From contig OX597814.1 of the NCBI GenBank assembly GCA_951406725.2, positions 34,348,001 to 34,412,000 on the forward strand: a DNA stretch of 64,000 nucleotides. Reading direction: 5' to 3'. Both the position numbers and the translations under genes were made by a program. The notes beneath the pieces are model-generated. The model had not been told where the DNA came from, ran no database searches, and saw only the letters and a list, made by a program, of their open reading frames with translations. The stretch comes from Octopus vulgaris (Eukaryota). Each line of letters opens with the position of its first letter. Position 1 is the stretch's first letter. Below, piece by piece: positions 59,363 through 64,000 of this stretch.

Positions 59363-60485
59363 TACTAAAACCTGGTGACATTACCAGCTGTAATTTCCTG
59401 CAGAGTTTTGGGGAAACCATATTCATATCTAAAAGTACATTTGATTACTGGCGTAATCTTAAAATGATAGATAAATCCTCTTCTGTTTTTGGTATTGTTA
59501 GGAAACAAAAATACATCCTTCAACAATAAACTTGTATTTCTTATCAGATTGATAAAAAAACAAACAAACATCATCTTATCTTTTGTTTATTACTGTGTGT
59601 TTTTGTTACAATTCTAATCTGAAATAAGTTCAGTTTCATCATGATTTGTGGAGAGTGTACACGGTCTTGTATCAAGCATCTGCTAAGGGTAATCGAAATA
59701 GAATTATTAAAAACAAATATGAACGCTGTCTCTGGGGTTAAATTCATATTTCAGTTCAATGGCTGCAGTTACAAAATATAAGCAATTCCAAAATACAATT
59801 ATCCAATATATTTGAGGTGAAGTGACAACAGATGAAAAATCTTGCTCCTAGAAATGCCCTTTCTAAATTGTTTGAAGGACAAGGTTTCATTTCGTCTGAT
59901 GGCACAAATTGTGTTAAATATAGTTCAGTTTTCTAGTCACGGTTAGTTCACGAAGACAAACTCTGTGAATTGGGCTTATGGTCAAATGAAAGATTGGTTA
60001 AGACAATTCGAATTAGTTCTAGATGCTCCTAATAAAAAAAAAGCAACAATAAAAAAGAAAGAATAAAAAAATAATTAAATTATATCGACTGAACAATAAC
60101 AATAAAAGGAAATTCAGTAACAAAAGTAGTTTAAATCTAAAATTAGCAGCCAATTAAATTTAACACCTAATTAATTCTGCAAAGTTTACGGTAATGATTT
60201 TCATCCAGATTTACAGTAAAAGACATAATTCTCCTTTAAAATTTTGAATTGTATCCAGCATTCTTCATTTAAGGAGATACATACAGGAAACGTTTTGTAC
60301 TAATGAATATTGACTTGCCACATTGATTTCAATTTGTATTCTATTAGGTAGCGAAGCAAAGAAACAAAATTCTGAAAGAACGAGAGAATCGCAAGAAATA
60401 ACAACCAAATCTCTCTCGTTTTACACCCTACAATCTTACAAAAGAGGACCCATTGGATAGTGTAGGTCTCTACTATATTATCCAA

Positions 60486-60532
<47 letters not shown>

Positions 60533-60586
60533 TTCTCTCTTTCTCTCTCTCTCTTTCTCTTTCTCTCTCTCTCTTTCTCTCTCCCC

Positions 60587-60620
<34 letters not shown>

Positions 60621-60983
60621 AACTTTTCATCGTAAATCTACTTGATCAGGGCTGACTGGGTGATACACATCAATATGAATAATACATTTTAATCAAAGTT
60701 AATAAATTTTATACGGCATAATTTTATATTCATGTCCTTTATTTGACATGTTTATGTCTGCTAGCCTTTTCTTAAGTACATTTCCAGTTTCGACACTATT
60801 ATAATGCAAATCCTTCTTGAAAGATCGTAATGAAAAGGCGATGGAATTACATTTACCAATTTTGAAACCTTTGAATAATCGTTAGCCGCTTTCTCTCTTT
60901 CCACCAGTCTCTGTCTCTAACTCCCTTTTCTCTCGCTTCCTCCCTCCCTTCCTGTCTGTCTGTCTGTCTGTCTGTCTCCCTAT

Positions 60984-61053
<70 letters not shown>

Positions 61054-61099
61054 GCTACCAAGGAACAATCATTTACGAGTTACGGTTACTGCTTTTTTA

Positions 61100-61990
61100 T
61101 GTAAGTATGCTTTTCACTTGCTAGATCTGGAGGAAGGAATAATGCCCTGAGTATTTTCTGGGATTGGTAAGGTTTCCGTTGTGGTCTAAAGTATAGGGTT
61201 CGATATTGGAGCTATGTATATGTTGGGCACTCATGTATTCAGAGTTGTTACAATGTAAGTTTTGATAATAGAGAGAAAGTTTTTGTTTATTAGAAGTTGT
61301 ATGATAAACTCAAAGTTGGGCAGGGAGAGGTAGGATAGCTTTAAAGATAGAGTAATATTTATGTTGACGAGAGTCCAGTATATTAAAAATGGATTAAACT
61401 AAGTTCTTAGCGTTTAGTGAGAAGGGGAGGGTGTATACCATAGAATAGATCGTCCACCGCTTTTTTTGGTTGCTTAAGAGTAGTGTTTTCTATATTTTTA
61501 GAAATTAGAGGTGGGTAATATGGCCCGTTAGTGTTAGCTGTTTTAGCTTTTAACCTAGTGTTATATGTATGCGTGTGGGGTCCAAGTTGTCTTAATATGG
61601 TTTTTCCCGGAGTTCTAGTATAGTGTATGTGTGGTCTGTTGTGATTCTGGTGGTTGGCATGTCGTGATATGATTTGAGATATATGTTGCTTGAGCCTAAT
61701 ATTAGGGATGTATTTCATTTACTGGGAAAAGCCGCTGGCAGCGAGCGCTTGGTTGTATATGGGATGTAGTTATCGAATATTTCCTCAGTGGATGACAGGT
61801 CAGATATACGAACTGAGATACCCTTAACTATATTATCAAAGGTGGATTTGTGGTGATTGGAATTAATGTTTAAGTACCTAAGGTATTGGCTAGGATTGTG
61901 ATATGGGGAGTATTGGGAGGTTTCTAAGTTTAAAGTTACGTCTCGAAAATTAGTAGTTTTTTGAGAACTTTCAAAAGTAATAGATGGCAT
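61100..61990 (-). mobile_element. Penelope-like element RT C-terminal/linker fragment
   Basis: SITFESSQKTTNFRDVTLNL..YSPYHNP..LRYLNINSNH..IVKGISVRISDLSSTEEIF; later IHPPL..LKLSYPTL. Confidence 0.8.
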
Positions 61991-62009
61991 TGTGGTCTCA
62001 TTTTATTTA

Positions 62010-62040
<31 letters not shown>

Positions 62041-62159
62041 GTCACACACACACACACACACGCACATACACTCACACATATGATGTATGTTAAGTTGTTA
62101 AGCCTGATTCTGGAGTAGATCTGACCGGTATTTCCAGCAGATCATACAACTACGCAGAG

Positions 62160-62352
62160 CAGTGGTTCTCAACATTTTTAATATCCGGCTCAGATCCAAA
62201 ACAGTAATTTTTAGGGGCCGCACCAAAAAGCGTAAAACACTTTTCAATTTAAGAAAAAAGCATTATATTTATAGAGGGAAGACTGTCAGGGGCTGTCGGA
62301 AGAATGCTTGAGGGTAGGATGCGGCCCTGGGAGCCTTGATTCAGGACCGCTG
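62160..62352. mobile_element. hAT-type MITE, decayed
   Basis: cagtggttctcaa ... ttcaggaccgctg termini; flanking 8-mers acgcagag and acataaag match 5 of 8. Confidence 0.55.
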
Positions 62353-63204
62353 ACATAAAGGCTTCCATGTTGATTTATTAGTTCCAGTTTTGTTTTTATA
62401 ACAGAAAGCGAGTTGATATAGCTGTAATTTTAACGGATATAAAATGTTTGTCGCTGTTACTGTTGCTCATATGCATTCTCTTAATACTAAGTTTCATCTA
62501 TGTTTGTATTACATTAGTTACTGCTTTGTACAATTATTTAGATTAGTATTCAGAATTCGAGGAAAGAGTCGACGTCAGCATTAATGTAAAGGAGTGTTGT
62601 GTTGTTTTATGGAATCGTCGAATGGTCTTTATTTAGTTGCGAAGTCAAACCAGAGAACTTGTGTCAATCCATCACTGAAACTTGATCGTAGTCTCTGTTC
62701 GACTGCATCTTAAAACCTTTTGTTTAAAGATTTCTGTACAACTCCATTAAAATTTTTCTGTACACCTTCATACATGAGCCTAGATATGTAGAACAAAGGT
62801 AGTGTAACAGTTGTTACTTTATCTAACATATTTTATACAATTTTCTGAGTTTATACAATTCTATTTATAGTTTACAGTCTAACCGCTATACATCCCATCC
62901 TGAACATCATTGAAATAAATCCATCCCACTTACAACATGCAGATTATTTTCAGTTATTATATCAGCAAACAGAGGTGAATTTAAACGAATGTTTAAACGT
63001 GCTTTTTACTTCAGTCTAATCTTACACATTCATTTCGTTATTGTTAACGTGTTACCACTTTTGTTTATATCCCATGAATAATCTCTTTAGAACTACTTAT
63101 TTGTCTTCCGGCAATGTGTGACACTTTCATGTCATTTCAAACAATGGTTTAAGCACTCTCACACTACCAATACTTTATCTTACAGATTTCAAACATACTT
63201 AAAC

Positions 63205-63205
<1 letters not shown>

Positions 63206-63293
<88 letters not shown>

Positions 63294-63310
63294 CATTGTT
63301 ATTATTATTA
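63206..63310. repeat. (ATT)n array
   Basis: Direct tandem repeat. Confidence 0.95.
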
Positions 63311-64000
63311 CAAATTAAGGTGCATGGGTTTTTTGTTAACGCTATTATGAGTTTAAAATAGAAATTTGTATCCCGATTTTAAATTCGCGCAATAAAAATG
63401 AAAATGAACAATGCTTTCACGAAACCTTATAAAAAGACATGTGTGTATGTGTGTGTGTGTGTGTGTGTGTAAATATTTATGTGTGTGTAAGTGTGTTTGT
63501 GTGTGTGCGTGTACGTGTGTGTGCTTGTGTATGTGTGTGATTAAATGCATATGTAAGAGTATTTGTGTGCGCGTGTGTGCGAGTCACACAACTACTTTCC
63601 CATGTAACTTTCATAATTTCCAATGTGTCACTAAAAACTAGTTTACGAATTCAATGTCCAAAATACACCATAATAGCGACAGGATATATAAAAATATGCC
63701 AGTTTGGCTGATCGAGGGCTCTTGAACAAAGAAAACAACTACATGCTTCACACGCTGTAAATGATCTCCATATTTGGATTAATACAAATCTATAAGATCT
63801 TAAAGTTTAAAGGTCAAATGTTTGTTGAAAGAACGTAGGAAATTATAAACTCTTGTTGGTTGTCTTTTCTTCTCCACGTTCTTACCATAGAATAATTCGG
63901 CATCCATCATAGTATATATCAAGGATATATTATGTCAACAAACCCTATGACAAAATTATATTCTTTGAAGGTGTTGAGTTCGGTTTTACAAATTCATGAA

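Overview
AT-rich, gene-poor eukaryotic (metazoan) DNA. The tRNA-derived SINE families, the very high microsatellite density (TA, CA, GA, TCTA, TATG, AAT, CAT) and the transposon mix suggest a coleoid cephalopod such as Octopus; this is inference from remembered repeat families, not a search. Almost all ORFs in the supplied track are translated microsatellites. Recognisable content: one full-length but inactivated mariner with TIRs and TA duplication (12177-13443); two further mariner relics and a maT/DD37D-like relic; R4/Dong-type RLE LINE fragments in (AAT)n arrays; an RTE-type LINE 3' end with three C2H2 fingers inside (TATG)n; L1/Tx1-like fragments; several Penelope-like (PLE) RT and GIY-YIG fragments; non-autonomous Helitrons; a hAT MITE; many SINEs. 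The only convincing host-gene candidate is an orphan single-pass membrane protein ORF at 44112-44522. The most notable structural theme is a series of fold-back (inverted) repeats, several carrying hammerhead-ribozyme-like cores typical of PLE termini.
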